Translations under genes and position numbers: made by a program
DNA from: an uncultured Candidatus Rokubacteria bacterium
GTDB taxonomy: Bacteria > Methylomirabilota > Methylomirabilia > Rokubacteriales > CSP1-6
Direction: 5' to 3'
Assembly (NCBI GenBank): GCA_963747235.1
Contig: CAVVEU010000014.1
Location: forward strand, 128,001 to 192,000
Length of the DNA stretch: 64,000 nucleotides
Shown: positions 46,300 to 58,441 of the stretch, piece after piece
Layout of the letters: each line of letters begins with the position of its first letter
How positions within the stretch are numbered: position 1 is the first letter of the stretch
The notes under the pieces: model-generated
Told to the model about the DNA's origin: nothing
Databases searched by the model: none
The model's input: the letters and a program-made list of their open reading frames with translations, nothing else

Positions 46300-47259
46300 T
46301 CAGACCTTGAGGCGCGGGTCGAGCGTGTCGCGCAGCCCGTCGCCGAAGAGGTTGATGCCGAGCACGGTGATGAGGATCGCGAGGCCCGGGAACGTGGCCA
46401 GCCACCACGCGGTCGAGAGATAGACGCGGCCGTCGGCGAGCATGCCGCCCCAGGTGGGCGTGGGCGGCTGCACGCCCAGCCCCAGGAAGGACAGCGCGGA
46501 CTCGATCACGATCACGCGCGCCATGTCGAGCGTGGCCACCACCAGCCAGGGCGTGAAGGTGTTCGGCAGCACGTGGGTCATCAGCACGCGCCAGTGCCGG
46601 CTGCCGAGCGCCACCGCGGCGTGCACGTACTCGCGCTCGCGGATCGAGAGCACCTCGCCCCGCACCACCCGCGCGTAGACCACCCAGGACGACACGCCGA
46701 TGACGATGATGATGTTGCGCAGGCTCGGCCCCAGCACGCCGATGACCGCGATCGCGAGCAGGATGAACGGGAAGGCGAGCTGGACGTCGGCCAGGCGCAT
46801 GAGGAAGTCGTCCAGGCGGCCGCCGAAGTAGCCGGCGACGAGCCCGATGATCATGCCGAGCACGCCCGAGATCAGCACCGCGGCCAGCCCGACCAGCAGC
46901 GCGATGCGCGAGCCGAAGATGATGCGCGACGAGGATGTCGCGGCCCGAGGTGGTCGGTGCCGAGCGCGTGCACGCGCCCCTGCGCGTCCTGCCAGCCCGG
47001 CTCCCGCAGGCGCTGGCCGATGTCCTGCTCCAGCGGATCGAACGGCGCGACGAGCGGGGCGGCAGCCGCGGCCAGCATCACCGCCAGCACCACGAGCAGG
47101 CCGAAGAGCGCGGTGCGGCGCCGCACCAGCCGCCGCAGCAGCGCCACCCACTCGCGCTCCGCCCAGGGGCGCGCGCGCGCCGGCGGCGCGACCGCGGGCG
47201 GCGGCGGCGGCGCGGAGCTGCGCGCCTTCGGCGGGCGTGGAGGGCGGCAGCGCGGCCAT
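46300..47259 (-). CDS. Peptide ABC permease DppC/OppC-like (frameshift near 46935)
   Basis: LGTDHLG, AFPFILLAI, EYVHAA.ALG, and ESALSFLGLG..PP.P.WG. Confidence 0.9.
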   Translation of the reverse strand: MAALPPSTPAEGAQLRAAAAARGRAAGARAPLGGARVGGAAAAAGAAPHRALRPARGAGGDAGRGCRPARRAVRSAGAGHRPAPAGAGLAGRAGARARARHRPPRAATSSSRIIFGSRIALLVGLAAVLISGVLGMIIGLVAGYFGGRLDDFLMRLADVQLAFPFILLAIAVIGVLGPSLRNIIIVIGVSSWVVYARVVRGEVLSIREREYVHAAVALGSRHWRVLMTHVLPNTFTPWLVVATLDMARVIVIESALSFLGLGVQPPTPTWGGMLADGRVYLSTAWWLATFPGLAILITVLGINLFGDGLRDTLDPRLKV

Positions 47260-48177
47260 CAGCGGTACCGGATGCGCGGATCGAGGTAGGTGTAGACCAC
47301 GTCCACCAGGAAGTTGACGATCACGAAGGTGCTGGCGAGCAGGAACACCGCCGACTGCACGACGGGATAGTCGCGGTTGAAGATCGCCTGCACCGAGAGC
47401 CGCCCCACGCCCGGCCACGCGAAGATGGTCTCGGTGATCACGGAGCCGCCGAGCAGCGTGCCGAGCTCGATGCCCACGATGGTGACGATCGGGATCGACG
47501 CGTTCTTGAGCGCGTGCTTCCACACCACCGGCGGCTCGCCGACCCCCTTGGCGCGCGCGGTGCGGATGTAGTCCTGGCCGAGCACCTCCAGCATCCCGGA
47601 GCGCGTGAGCCGCGTGATGCGCGCGGTGGTGAAGAGCCCGAGGGTGATCGCGGGCAGGATCAGGTGCTCGAGGCCGCCGCGCCCCGAGGAGGGCAGCCAG
47701 TTGAGCCGCACCGAGAAGACCAGGATCAGCATGATCCCGAGCCAGAAGGTCGGCATGGCCTGGCCGAGCAGCGCCACCACCGTCGAGACGTAGTCGACCG
47801 CGGTGTTGCGCTTGACCGCCGAGATGATGCCGGCCGGGATGGCCAGGCACAGCGCGATGAGCAGCCCCGCGCCCGCGAGCTGGAAGGTGGCGGGCAGCCG
47901 CTCGAGCACGAGGCGCCATCGCGGGCTCGCCGTGGCGCAGGGACTCGCCGAAGTCCCCGCGCACCGCGCCCTTGAGGAAGCGGAGGTACTGGACGGCCAC
48001 CGGATCGTCGAAGCCCATCGCGGTGCGGAACTTCGCGATGTCCTCGGCGGTCGCGTCGGGCGGCAGCAGGAGCGCGGCCGGGTCACCGGTCAGGTGCAGG
48101 ATCAGGAACACCACCATCGAGACCCCGAAGAGGACGAGCAGCGACTGCCAGAGGCGGCGCAGCAGGTACGACTTCAC
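47259..48177 (-). CDS. Peptide ABC permease DppB/OppB-like (frameshift near 47915)
   Basis: GDFGES, PTFWLG, DYIRTARAKG and ETIFAWPGVG. Confidence 0.9.
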
Positions 48178-49550
48178 GAGCCCGACGCGCTCCAGCCGGG
48201 CCACCGCCTCGATGTGCGGGGTGTGCGGGAACATGTCCACCGGCTGCACCCACTCGAGCCGGTAGCCGCCGCGCACCAGCTCGCCCAGGTCGCGGGCCAG
48301 CGTGGTGGGGTTGCACGAGACGTAGACGATGCGGCGCGCGCCGAGCGTGATCAGCGCGTGCAGCGCCTTGGGATGGAAGCCCGCGCGCGGCGGATCCGCC
48401 ACCACCACCTCCGCGGTCACTCCCTTCGCGATCAGGGAGGGCAGCACGAAGCGGACCTCGCCGCACACGAACGTGCAGTTGGTGATGCCGTTGGCCGCCG
48501 CGTTGCGCTCCCGCGTCGTCCACCGCGGCCTGGGCCACCTCGACGCCGTAGACCCACCGGGCGCGCCGGGCCAGGAGCAGGCTGATGGCCCCGGTGCCCG
48601 AGTAGAGATCGTAGACCGTCTCGGTTCCGGTCAGGCCCGCGGACTCGAGCACGAGCTCGAAGAGGCGCTCGGCCTGCCGGGTATTGGTCTGGAAGAACGA
48701 GCTGGCCGAGACCTGGAAGGTGAGCCCGCCCACGCCCTCGCGGATGTGGTCGCGCCCGCCCAGCAGGTGCTCCTCGACGCCGACCGCCACGCTGGCCTTC
48801 TTGGGGTTCACGTTCATGACCACGCTGGTCGTGCCCGCGTCGCGCGCCTGCAGGCGCTGGGCGAGCGGGGCCAGCTCGGAGACCGCGGGCGCGGACGTCA
48901 CCACGTTGGCCATGAGCTCGCCGGTGTGGGTGCCCTCGCGCAGCATGAGGAAGCGCAGGAGCCCCTCGCCGCTGTCCTGCTCGTAGACGGTGAGCCCGCG
49001 CTCGATGAAGAAGGCGCGCGCCTCGCCGAGCAGCGCGTTCATGCGGTCGGACTGCAGCAGGCAGCGCTCGATGTCGAGCACCGAGTCGTAGCGATCGGCC
49101 TCGTGGAGCCCCACCACCAGCGGCTCCTTCGCGCCCCGCGCCACCGTGAACTCCATCTTGTTCCGGTACCCGAAGGTCTCGGTCGCGCCGATGATGGGCC
49201 GGACCTCGATGCCCTTGAGGCCGCCGAGCCGCTCCAGCGCGTCCACCACCTGCTTGGCCTTGAAGGCGAGCTGGGCCGGATAGGCCATGTGCTGGAGGCG
49301 GCAGCCGCCGCAGCGCCCAAAGTATGGGCACGGCGCCTCGACGCGCTGCGGCGACGGCTCCTCGATGGCGTCGATGACGCCCGCGGCCGAAGCGCGAGCG
49401 CACCTGCACGAGCCGGACCCGGAGGCGATCCCCGGGCAGGCCGCCCGGGACGAAGACCACGTAGCCATCGGCCCGCCCGACGCCCTCGCCCCCGAAGGCC
49501 AGGTCGTCGATCGTCAGGGACAGAATCTCCCCGCGTTTGGGTCGCGCCAT
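48174..49550 (-). CDS. rlmD: 23S rRNA m5U1939 methyltransferase (frameshifts near 49385 and 48510)
   Basis: TRAM domain, CPYFGRCGGC, YRNKMEF, SFFQTN, DPPRAG, YVSCNP and DMFPHT.HIE. Confidence 0.9.
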
Positions 49551-49648
49551 GGTAGCGACACTATAAATGTCGCTACGATCGGAGTCAATTTGCCCCCGCC
49601 TCGTTCAAGCTGGCGAGTACATACCCGGTCAAGTATCATGGATCCACG

Positions 49649-50110
49649 ATGCGCTCGGGGCGCTTCTCCTTTCCGGTCCGTGTAGGCTCGATGCTGACCG
49701 CCGCCCTGCCCGCGCTCGAGGAGCGCCTGCTGGGCGAGCGCATCCGCCAGGGCTGGCGCGGGGCCGTCGGCGCCGAGCTGGCCCATCGCAGCCGGCCCGG
49801 CGATCTGCGGGCCGGCACGCTCACGGTAATGGTCGACAATTCCCCCTGGCTCCAGGAGCTCTCCATGCGATCCGCGGAAGTCCTCGAGGCGGTCCGCGCC
49901 CGGTTCGGACCGACCGTCACCGCGCTACGCTTAAGCCTCGCCGGGCCCGCGCCGGCTCCGGAGCGCCCGGCCTCCCGCCGCGCCGCGCCCGCGGCCCCGC
50001 TGCGGCTCGACGCCGACGAGCTGGCCCTCGTGGAAGGCGCCGCCGCGCCGGTGCGCGACGAGGCGCTCGCTTCCACCGTTCGACGCATCATGGCCAAGGG
50101 CCTCATCGCG
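49649..50110 (+). CDS. DciA / DUF721 domain, continuing in frame into the TPR lipoprotein signal
   Basis: W..AVG.ELA..SRP..L..GTL.V.VDNSPWLQEL; no stop codon before the lipobox. Confidence 0.7.
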
Positions 50111-51884
50111 CGCCGGGGCGGGACCCTCATGGTGGTCCTGCTCGCGGCGGGCGCGCTCGCCGGCTGCGCCACCACGCAGACGAGCGAAGCCGAGCCCGCC
50201 GCGGCCCAAGACCATCACGATCCCGCCCGGCCGCCGGGCGGTCGGCGTCCAGGGCGAGGCCTACGACCACTACGTGATCGCGCAGATGGAGGCCCGCGCG
50301 GGCCGGATGCCGCAGGCCATCGCCCAGCTCCGCGAGGCCATCAAGTTCGATCCCAACACCGCGGTCCTCTGGATCCAGCTCTCCCAGTGGCTGATCCGGA
50401 TCAACGACACCGCGGGCGCCTTCACCGCCGCGCAGAAGGCCGTCGCGCTCGAGCCCAACAACGCGGGCGCCCACATGACGATGGCCGACCTCTACAAGCG
50501 CCAGCGCAAGCCGGCGGAGGCGGAGGCCGAGCTGGAGCGGGCGGTGGCGCTCGATCCGCAGACGCCGGACGGCTACCTGGCCCTGGCCCAGCTCCACTTC
50601 GAGGGCAAGAGCTACGACAAGGCGCGCGCGGTGCTGGGGCGGCTGGTCGCCGCGCGCCCGAATCTCTCGCAGGGCTACTACCTGCTGGGCCGCATCGGCA
50701 TCGAGAACGAGCAGTGGGACGAGGCCCTCACCAATCTCAAGCGCGCGGTGGACCTCGACCCGGATCACGACGGGGCGTGGTCCGCGCTCGGCTTCGTCTA
50801 CGAGGCCCAGAACAAGCTCGACGACGCGGTCGCGGTCTACAAGGAAGCGCTCAAGGCCAACCCGGACAACGCGGCCTTCGTGGAGCGCCTGGGCGACCTG
50901 CTCGTGAAGCTCGGACGCTACGGCGAGGCCCAGAGCGAGATCGAGTCGCTGGTGGACTCCCTGCCGCGCGATCCGCGGGTGTGGCTGAAGCTGGGCGCGA
51001 TCCACTACGAGCAGAAGCAGTACGACAAGGCGGTCGCCGCCTTCCGTCAGGCCGTCTCGCTCGAGCCCGGCAACATGCGGACGCGCTACTACCTGGCCAC
51101 CGCGCTGATGGACTCGGGCAAGGACGACGAGGCCCGGAGCGAGCTGGAGAAGATCCTCAAGGCGGATCCCCGCTCGGTGGACGCGCGCGTGCAGCTCGGC
51201 TTCCTCTACGGGCGCGCCAAGCGCTACGACGAGGCGGTGGCCACGCTGCAGGAGGCGGTGAACCTCGAGCCCAAGCGGCCCGAGCTCTTCCTCTACCTGG
51301 GCACCGCGCTCCAGCGCGCCAGCCAGTACGATCGCGCCGCGACCGTGCTGCGCGAGGGGCTCTCGGTGGACGACAAGAACAAGGATCTCCACTTCCAGCT
51401 CGGCGTGGTGCTGGAGAAGCAGCAGCGGTTCGACGACTCCATCAAGTCGTTCCGCCGCGTGCTCGTCATCGACCCCAAGCACGCCGAGTCGTACAACTAC
51501 ATCGGCTACATGTACGCGGAGAAGGGCACGAACCTCTCCGAGGCCATCCAGCTCATCCAGCAGGCGCTCGCGCTCGAGCCCGAGAACGGCTACTTCATCG
51601 ACAGCCTGGGCTGGGCCTACTACCAGCAGGGGCGGTATCCCGAGGCCCTGCGCGAGCTGAAGCGCGCGGTGAGCCTGGCCAAGGAAGACCCCGTGCTCTA
51701 CGAGCACCTGGGCGACGCCTACCTCAAGAACAACCTCGCGAACGAGGCCATCGAGGCGTGGGAGAAGTCGCTCCAGGTGGACCCGAACGCCCCGACCGCC
51801 CCGCAGGTGAGGAACAAGATCCGGGACACGCGGGAGAACCAGCTCCGGGTCAAGGGTGCGCCGCCCAAGGCCGAGCAGAAGTAG
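50090..51884 (+). CDS. TPR-repeat lipoprotein (frameshift near 50220-50250)
   Basis: MAKGLIARR...LAGC lipobox; many TPRs; NYIGYMYAE and DSLGWAYY; position upstream of lolB/ispE. Confidence 0.85.
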
Positions 51885-52650
51885 CCGGCTCCGCTGGGCC
51901 GGCGGGCTCCTGCTGGCCGCCAGCCTGTCCGCCTGCGCCACCGTGGCGCCGGCGCCCGCGCCGCCGCCCATCGCCGAGGAAGCCCGCGCGGCCCTGGCCC
52001 GCATCGAGCAGCATCGCCGCTCGCTGGTCGATCTCCGGTCGCTGGCCGACATCACGGTGCGCCGCAGCGGGCGCGCGCAGCGCCTCTCCGGCGTCATGCT
52101 GCTCCTGGGGGAGCCCGCCTCGCTCCGCTTCGAGGCGCTCGCCCCCTTCGGCACGCCGGTGCTGATCGTGGCCGGCGACCCGCAGAGCCTCACGCTCTGG
52201 GAGGTTCTCGACAACCGGGCCTATCTCGCCCCCGCCTCTCCGGACGCCAACCGTCGCTGGCTCGGCCTGGCGCTGGGCGGCGAGGATCTCGTCGCGCTGC
52301 TCGGGGCCCGCGCCCGGCCGCTGCCGGACCCGACCCGCGTGGAGCTGGTCGCCCCCGACGAGACCGGCCCGTCGCTCCGGCTCACCGGGCGCGACGTCGA
52401 GCAGCGCATCTGGTTCGACCCCGCCAGCGGGCAGGCGAAGCAGATCGAGTGGACCGGCAAGAACCCGGCGCGGGTGACGTTCACCCCGACGCCGCCGGAC
52501 GCCCCACCGGCCGGGCTCAGGCTCGAGACACCGGACGGGACGCTGCGCGTCTCGGTCACCTACCGCGACCCCAGGATGAACACCGCGCTCGACCCCGCGC
52601 TGCTGAAGCTGACTGTCCCGGAACACGTTAGAATTCAAGACTTCCGTTGA
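51856..52650 (+). CDS. LolB-like / DUF4292 lipoprotein
   Basis: LSAC lipobox; LRFEALAPFG.P; lies between the TPR gene and ispE. Confidence 0.7.
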   Translation: MRRPRPSRSSRLRWAGGLLLAASLSACATVAPAPAPPPIAEEARAALARIEQHRRSLVDLRSLADITVRRSGRAQRLSGVMLLLGEPASLRFEALAPFGTPVLIVAGDPQSLTLWEVLDNRAYLAPASPDANRRWLGLALGGEDLVALLGARARPLPDPTRVELVAPDETGPSLRLTGRDVEQRIWFDPASGQAKQIEWTGKNPARVTFTPTPPDAPPAGLRLETPDGTLRVSVTYRDPRMNTALDPALLKLTVPEHVRIQDFR

Positions 52651-52676
52651 CACTATTTCGCGGCGCATGGTAGCCT
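52647..52676 (+). promoter_or_regulatory. Sigma-70 promoter for ispE-tRNA-prs
   Basis: TTGACA-N18-TAGCCT with extended TG. Confidence 0.65.
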
Positions 52677-52708
52677 ACGCTGCCTTGTCGAAGCGGTCAC
52701 GGGGCAGC

Positions 52709-53581
52709 ATGGAGGTGGTGCTTCGCACCTCCGCCAAAGTGAACCTGGCCCTCGAGGTGCTGGGCAAGCGGGGCGACGGGTATCACGAGATCGCGACGGT
52801 GCTGCAGGCGGTGGACCTGTTCGATCGCCTGAAGCTGGAAGCGGCCGACACCCTTTCGCTGCACACGGACGATCCCGACTTGCCCACCGACGATGGCAAT
52901 CTGGTGATGCGCGCCGCCCGTCTGCTCCAGAAGGCGGCGGGGATCGAGGCCGGGGCCCGGATCCGGCTGATCAAGCGCATCCCGGTCGCGGCGGGGCTGG
53001 GCGGCGGATCGAGCGACGCGGCGGCGACGCTCTGGGGGCTCAATCGGCTGTGGCGGCTCCGCTGGCCCAAGGCGCGGCTGCGGAGCTGGCGGTGGAGCTG
53101 GGCATGGACGTGCCGTTCTTCCTGGGAACGGGACGCGCGGTGGCCAGGGGGCGCGGTGAGCATCTGACCGTGCTGCCCGGGGGCGGCGGCTACGCCCTGG
53201 TGCTGGTGAACCCCCGCGTGCCGCTGTCCACGCGGGAGGTGTACGGTCGGGTTCCGGTGGGCTGGCGGGCCGAGCCCACCGGCACGGAGCGGGTGATCGA
53301 GGCGTTGAGGACGCGCAACGTGACGCAAGCTGGCGGGGGCGTTGACGAACAATCTGGAGAGCGTGGTCGAGCCGGTGTTGCCGGTGATCGGCCGCATGAA
53401 GGCGGCCCTCTTGGCGGCGGGCGCGCTTGGAGCGATCATGTCGGGCAGCGGACCGACCGTGTTCGGGATGGCGCGCTCCCTGGACCACGCGCGCCAGATC
53501 CGCACCCGGGTGAGCCGGGCGGGCTGGGGCTGCTGGGCGGTCCGCACGAACTCCGGCCCCGCGATCCGGGTGACCCGATGA
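52709..53581 (+). CDS. ispE: 4-diphosphocytidyl-2-C-methyl-D-erythritol kinase (frameshifts near 53080 and 53325)
   Basis: AKVNLAL, DGYHE, KRIPVAAGLGGGSSDAA, GMDVPFF and MSGSGPTVF. Confidence 0.92.
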
Positions 53582-53599
53582 AGCTGAACGGGATTTTAC

Positions 53600-53673
53600 T
53601 GGGGCGTCGTTCAGTGGTAGGACTCGGGGCTTTGGCCCCCGCAATGGAGGTTCGATTCCTCCCGCCCCAGCCA
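53600..53673 (+). tRNA. tRNA-Gln(TTG)
   Basis: Cloverleaf TGGGGCG...CGCCCCA-G-CCA, anticodon loop CT-TTG-GC, GGTTCGATTCC. Confidence 0.95.
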
Positions 53674-53699
53674 CACAGGGGTCGAGTCGCCGCCTAGCC

Positions 53700-53749
53700 G
53701 CAGTGGCTGGCGAGGCGCAGCCGAAGGCGAGCCGAGCGGATACAAGAAG
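53700..53749 (+). repeat. tRNA-trailing repeat family C, copy 1
   Basis: GCAGTGGCTGGCGAGGCGCAGCCGAAGGCGAGCCGAGCGGATACAAGAAG. Confidence 0.85.
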
Positions 53750-53787
53750 AAGAGCGGCAACGTCAGTCACGGGAGACGAGTCTGACC

Positions 53788-54730
53788 ATGGCGTACGATC
53801 TGAAGCTCTTCTCCGGCAACGCGAACCGGCCGCTGGCGGAGGAAATCGCCAAGACCCTCCACGTCCCCCTGGGCGACGCGGACGTCTCGCGCTTCTCCGA
53901 CGGCGAGGTGTACGTGCAGATCAACGAGAACGTCCGCGGCCAGGACATCTTCGTGATCCAGCCCACGTGCCCGCCGGTGAACGATCATCTGATGGAGCTG
54001 CTCGTGATGATCGACGCGTTCAAGCGCGCGTCCGCCCGGCGGATCACCGCCGGTGCTGCCCTACTACGGCTACGGCCGCCAGGACCGCAAGGTGCAGGGC
54101 CGGATGCCGATCACCGCCAAGCTCGTGGCCGACCTGCTCACCGCCGCCGGCACCCAGCGCCTGCTCGCGGTGGACCTCCACGCCGGGCAGATCCAGGGGT
54201 TCTTCGATATCCCGGTGGATCACCTCTTCGCCGCGCCGCCCGTGATCATCGACTACCTGGCGAAGAAGGACCTGAAGGACCCCGTCCTCGTCTCGCCCGA
54301 CGCGGGAGGCGTGGAGCGCGCGCGGGCGCTCGCCAAGCGGCTCAAGGCCGGGCTGGCCATCATCGACAAGCGGCGCGAGGGCAACAACGTGGCGGTGTTC
54401 ATGCACCTCATCGGCGACGTCAAGGACAAGGACGTGGTGATCGCCGACGACATGATCGACACCGCGGGCACCCTGATCCAGGCGGTGGACGCGCTCCGGC
54501 GCGAGGGGGCGCGGCGCATCCTCGCCTGCGCGGTGCACGGCGTGCTCTCCGGCCCCGCCATCGCCCGCATCAAGGAGTCGATCCTGGAAGAGGTCATCAT
54601 CACGAACACGGTTCCGCTGACGCCCGAGCGGCAGCTGTCCAAGATCCGCGTTCTCTCGGTCGCCCCGCTGCTCGCGGAAGCGATCCGTCGCATCCACGAC
54701 GAGGAGTCCGTCTCGACCCTCTTCGTGTAA
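53788..54730 (+). CDS. prs: Ribose-phosphate pyrophosphokinase (frameshift near 54050)
   Basis: FSDGE...[33 protein letters not shown] and DDMIDTAGT. Confidence 0.95.
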
Positions 54731-54760
54731 GACCAAACTTTCACTTGAAGGAGCTGAGTC

Positions 54761-55456
54761 ATGGAAATGCGTGAGTTGACCATCCGGAAGCGCGAGGGCA
54801 TCGGCAAGGGCCCCGCCCGGCGCCTGCGCCGCGCGGGCCAGGTGCCGGCCACCCTCTACGGCGGCGCGGGCCCGGTGAACGTGGCGGTGACGCCCAAGGA
54901 CGTCCTCCGTCTCATCCACGGCCACGAGGGCAGCACCCAGCTGTTCCGGGTGACCTTCGAAGGGACCACGGACGCCAAGATGGCGATCATCCGGGACATG
55001 CAGTTCGATCCGGTCTCGGAGAACCTCATCCACGTGGACCTGCAGGAAGTGGCGATGGACCGCGCCATCCAGGTCACGGTGGCCGTGCACCACGTCGGCG
55101 AGGCCATCGGCGTCAAGGACACCCAGGGCATCCTCGAGATGGTGCTCCGCGAGGTGCGGGTCTCCTGCTTGCCCGGGAATATCCCGGATCACCTCGAAGC
55201 GGACATCACGAACATGGCCATCCACGACGTGCTGACCGTCAAGGACCTGAAGGTCCCCGAGGGCGTGCGCGTCCTCAACGACCCGAACCAGGCCGTCGTC
55301 ACGATCGCCCCGCCGGCGGCCGAGGAAGCGGTGGTGGCGGCCGCGGCGACGACGGAAGCGACGGCGGCCGAGCCCGAGGTGCTCACCGAGCGCAAGCCCA
55401 AGGAGGGGGAAGCCGCCGAGGGCGACGCGAAGGACAAGGGCGAGAAGAAGAAGTAG
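54761..55456 (+). CDS. rplY: 50S ribosomal protein L25 / Ctc
   Basis: R...GKG.ARRLRR.GQVPA.LYG; Q.DPV...IHVD. Confidence 0.93.
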   Translation: MEMRELTIRKREGIGKGPARRLRRAGQVPATLYGGAGPVNVAVTPKDVLRLIHGHEGSTQLFRVTFEGTTDAKMAIIRDMQFDPVSENLIHVDLQEVAMDRAIQVTVAVHHVGEAIGVKDTQGILEMVLREVRVSCLPGNIPDHLEADITNMAIHDVLTVKDLKVPEGVRVLNDPNQAVVTIAPPAAEEAVVAAAATTEATAAEPEVLTERKPKEGEAAEGDAKDKGEKKK

Positions 55457-56000
55457 GTGGCCCAGGCCATCGTCGGCCTGGGGAATCCGGGCCCGGAATA
55501 TCGCAACACCCGGCACAACGTGGGCCAGCGCGTCGTCGACGCGCTGGCCCATCGCATTCATGCACGCTTCGAGCGCGACAGCGGCCACGCGGTCGCCGCC
55601 GGCCGCTGGCAGGGCGAGCCGCTCTACCTCATCAAGCCGGGCAGCTTCATGAACGTCACCGGCGCCCCGGTGGCGCGGCTCGCCCGCAAGCTCCACCTGG
55701 GCCCCGCCGACCTGGTCATCGTCTTCGACGACCTGGATCTCCCGCTCGGCAAGGTGCGCGTGCGCACCAGCGGCAGCGCGGGCGGCCACAACGGCGTGCG
55801 CTCGCTGATCGCGGCCTTCGGCACCAACGACCTCCGCCGCGTCAAGATCGGCATCGGCCGGCCCGGCCGGCCCGGGCGAGGATCGGGATCGCGTCTCCGA
55901 TCACGTGCTCTCGCCGTTCTTCCCCGAGGAGCAGGAAGCGATCGCCGCGGCCTGCGACGAGGCCGCGGACGAGGCGCTCCGCCTCGTGGAGCGCCGCTGA
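55457..56000 (+). CDS. pth: Peptidyl-tRNA hydrolase (frameshift near 55870)
   Basis: IVGLGNPG..Y..TRHNVG, FMN, DDLDL and GSAGGHNG. Confidence 0.93.
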
Positions 56001-56014
56001 GGGCCCCGCGCGCG

Positions 56015-58431
56015 ATGAGCCCCGCGTTCCGGCTCTCCGCGGGCAGCGGCGGCCTCGAGTGGCCGCAGGTGCTGGCGCTCCTCGCCCGCGAGGCGCGCAC
56101 GCCGATGGGCCGCGAGCTGGCGACCGCCACGCTCCCGTTCACGGATCCCGGCGCGATCCGGCGCGCGCTCGGCGAGACCCGCCAGGCCCGGGCCGCGATG
56201 GGCCAGACCGGCGTGCCGCCCTGGGAGGGCATCCCCGACGTGCGGCCCACGCTCGAGACCGCGCGCGTGGTGGGCTCGGTGGCCGAGGCCGCGGACCTGG
56301 CCGCGCTGATCCCGCTGCTGGAGGCGGCGGGGCGCCTGCTCGCCTACGGCCGCGCCATCCAGCCGGTGGCGCCCGATCTCGCGGCGGCGCTCGCGGGCTT
56401 CCCGCGTCAGACCGAGCTGGCCGACCTGCTCCGGCGCTCGCTCGACGCCGACGGCCAGGTGCGCGACGAGGCGTCGCCCGCGCTGCGCCGCGTCCGCCAG
56501 AGCATCCGCGACCTGCGGCGCGATCTCGTGAAGCGGCTCGAGGCCTACTTCGGGGCGCCCAACGCCGACACCACGTTCCAGGAGCGCTACGTCACGGTCC
56601 GGCACGGCCGCTACGTCCTGCCGATCCGCGCGGAGGCCAAGAGCCGCCTGCGCGGCATCGTCCACGACCGCTCGCAGAGCGGGGCCACGCTCTTCGTGGA
56701 GCCGGAGGCGGTGGTCGAGGCCAACAACGACCTCGTCCAGGCCGCGCGCGAGGAGGAGACCGAGATCCTCCGCGTCCTGGCCGCGCTGACCGACGCGGTG
56801 CGGGCGGCGCTGCCCGAGCTCGACGACCTGGTGGCGGGCATCGGCGGCCTCGACCTGATCTTCGCCCGCGGCGCCCTCGCCGAGCGCATGGACGCGGTCG
56901 AGCCCGCGATCGCCGACGAGCGCGACGTGGTCCTGCCCGGCGCGCTGCAATCCGCTGCTCCTCGCCCAGAGCTGGGCAGCCGACGGCGGCCGCCCCGTCA
57001 TCCCCATGGACATCGAGATCGACGGCCGAGCGCCCGCTGCTCGTGATCACCGGCCCCAACGCGGGCGGCAAGACGGTGGCGCTCAAGACCCTGGGCCTGC
57101 TCGTGCTCATGGCGCAGTCGGGCTGCCACGTGCCCGCGCGCGACGGGGCGCGCCTGCCCGTCTTCTCGCAGTGCTTCGCCATCGTCGGCGACGAGCAGAG
57201 CGTGGCGGAGAACCTCTCGACGTTCTCCGCCTTCGTCAAGCAGCTCCGCGAGGTCCTCGAGCGCGTGGACGCCCGCTCGCTCGTCCTGCTCGACGAGCTG
57301 GGCGCGGGCACCGACCCCGACGACGGCGCCGCGCTGGCCCAGGCGGTGCTCGAGGACCTGGCCGAGCGCGGCGCGGTGGTGCGTGGCCTCCACCCACCTC
57401 GAGCCGCTCAAGGGCTTCGCCTCCACGCATCCGAAGGCCCGCAACGCCTCGGTGGAGTTCGATCGCCGAGCGGCTCGCGCCCACCTTCCGGCTCATCTAC
57501 GATCGCCCGGGGCAGAGCTACGCGCTCTCCATCGGCGCCCGCCTCGGCCTGCCCGCCGCGCTGATCGAGCGGGCGCACGCGCATCGCTCCACCCAGCAGC
57601 GGCAGCTCCAGGAGCTGCTGGCCCGCCTCGACGACCGCGATCGCAAGGACGCCGAGCGCGGCGCGCTGCTCGAGCGGCGCGAGGCGGAGAGCGCGGGGCT
57701 GCTCGCGCGGGCCCAGGCCGAGCTCGAGGCGGCGCGGACGAGCGCGCGCGAGACCATCGCCCGCGCCAAGGCGGAGGCGCAGCGCCTGGTCACCGAGGTG
57801 CGACGGCACGTGAACGAGGAGTGGGACCGGCTCAAGCGCGCCGAGAAGAGCCGGCCGGAGCTGGAGCGCGCGCGCAAGCGACTGGTGGAAACCGCGCAGA
57901 AGGTGGAGCACACTGCGGGGGCCACCGGGCCCGAGCCGGACGGGGCGGGCCCGGTCACCGTGGGCGATCGCGTCGAGATCACGCACCTCGGGCTCAAGGG
58001 GGACGCGCTGGGCGTGGACGGCGAGACGGTGACGGTGCAGGCGGGCGCGGTGACGGTGAAGGTGCCGATGCAGGCCGTCGCGGGTGATCCAGCGTCAGCC
58101 CGCTCGCCCCCGGGCGGAGCCTCGCGCCCGCGGGGGAGGGGCGGTCGCGCAGGCTCGGATCACCACCCCCTACAAGAGCACGGTGGGCGGGGAGCTGCAC
58201 ATCATAGGACGGACTACCGATGAGGCCCGCGATCTGCTAGAAAAGTACCTCGACGATGCATTCCTGGCCGGGCTCCCGTCGGTTCGTATCATCCACGGCA
58301 AGGGCACGGGTGCCCTCCGCCGGGCGGTCGAGGAATTGCTGAGCGCCCACCCCCTCGTGGCCGAGCATCGCCCGGGGGCGTCCTCCGAGGGCGGCGCCGG
58401 CGCCACCGTCGCGACGCTCACCCAGGGCTGA
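56015..58431 (+). CDS. mutS2: MutS2 endonuclease with Smr domain, several frameshifts
   Basis: GIVHDRSQSGATLFVEP, ITGPNAGGKT, LSTFS, LDELGAGTDP and IIHGKGTG. Confidence 0.92.
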
Positions 58432-58441
58432 GGCGAACCCG

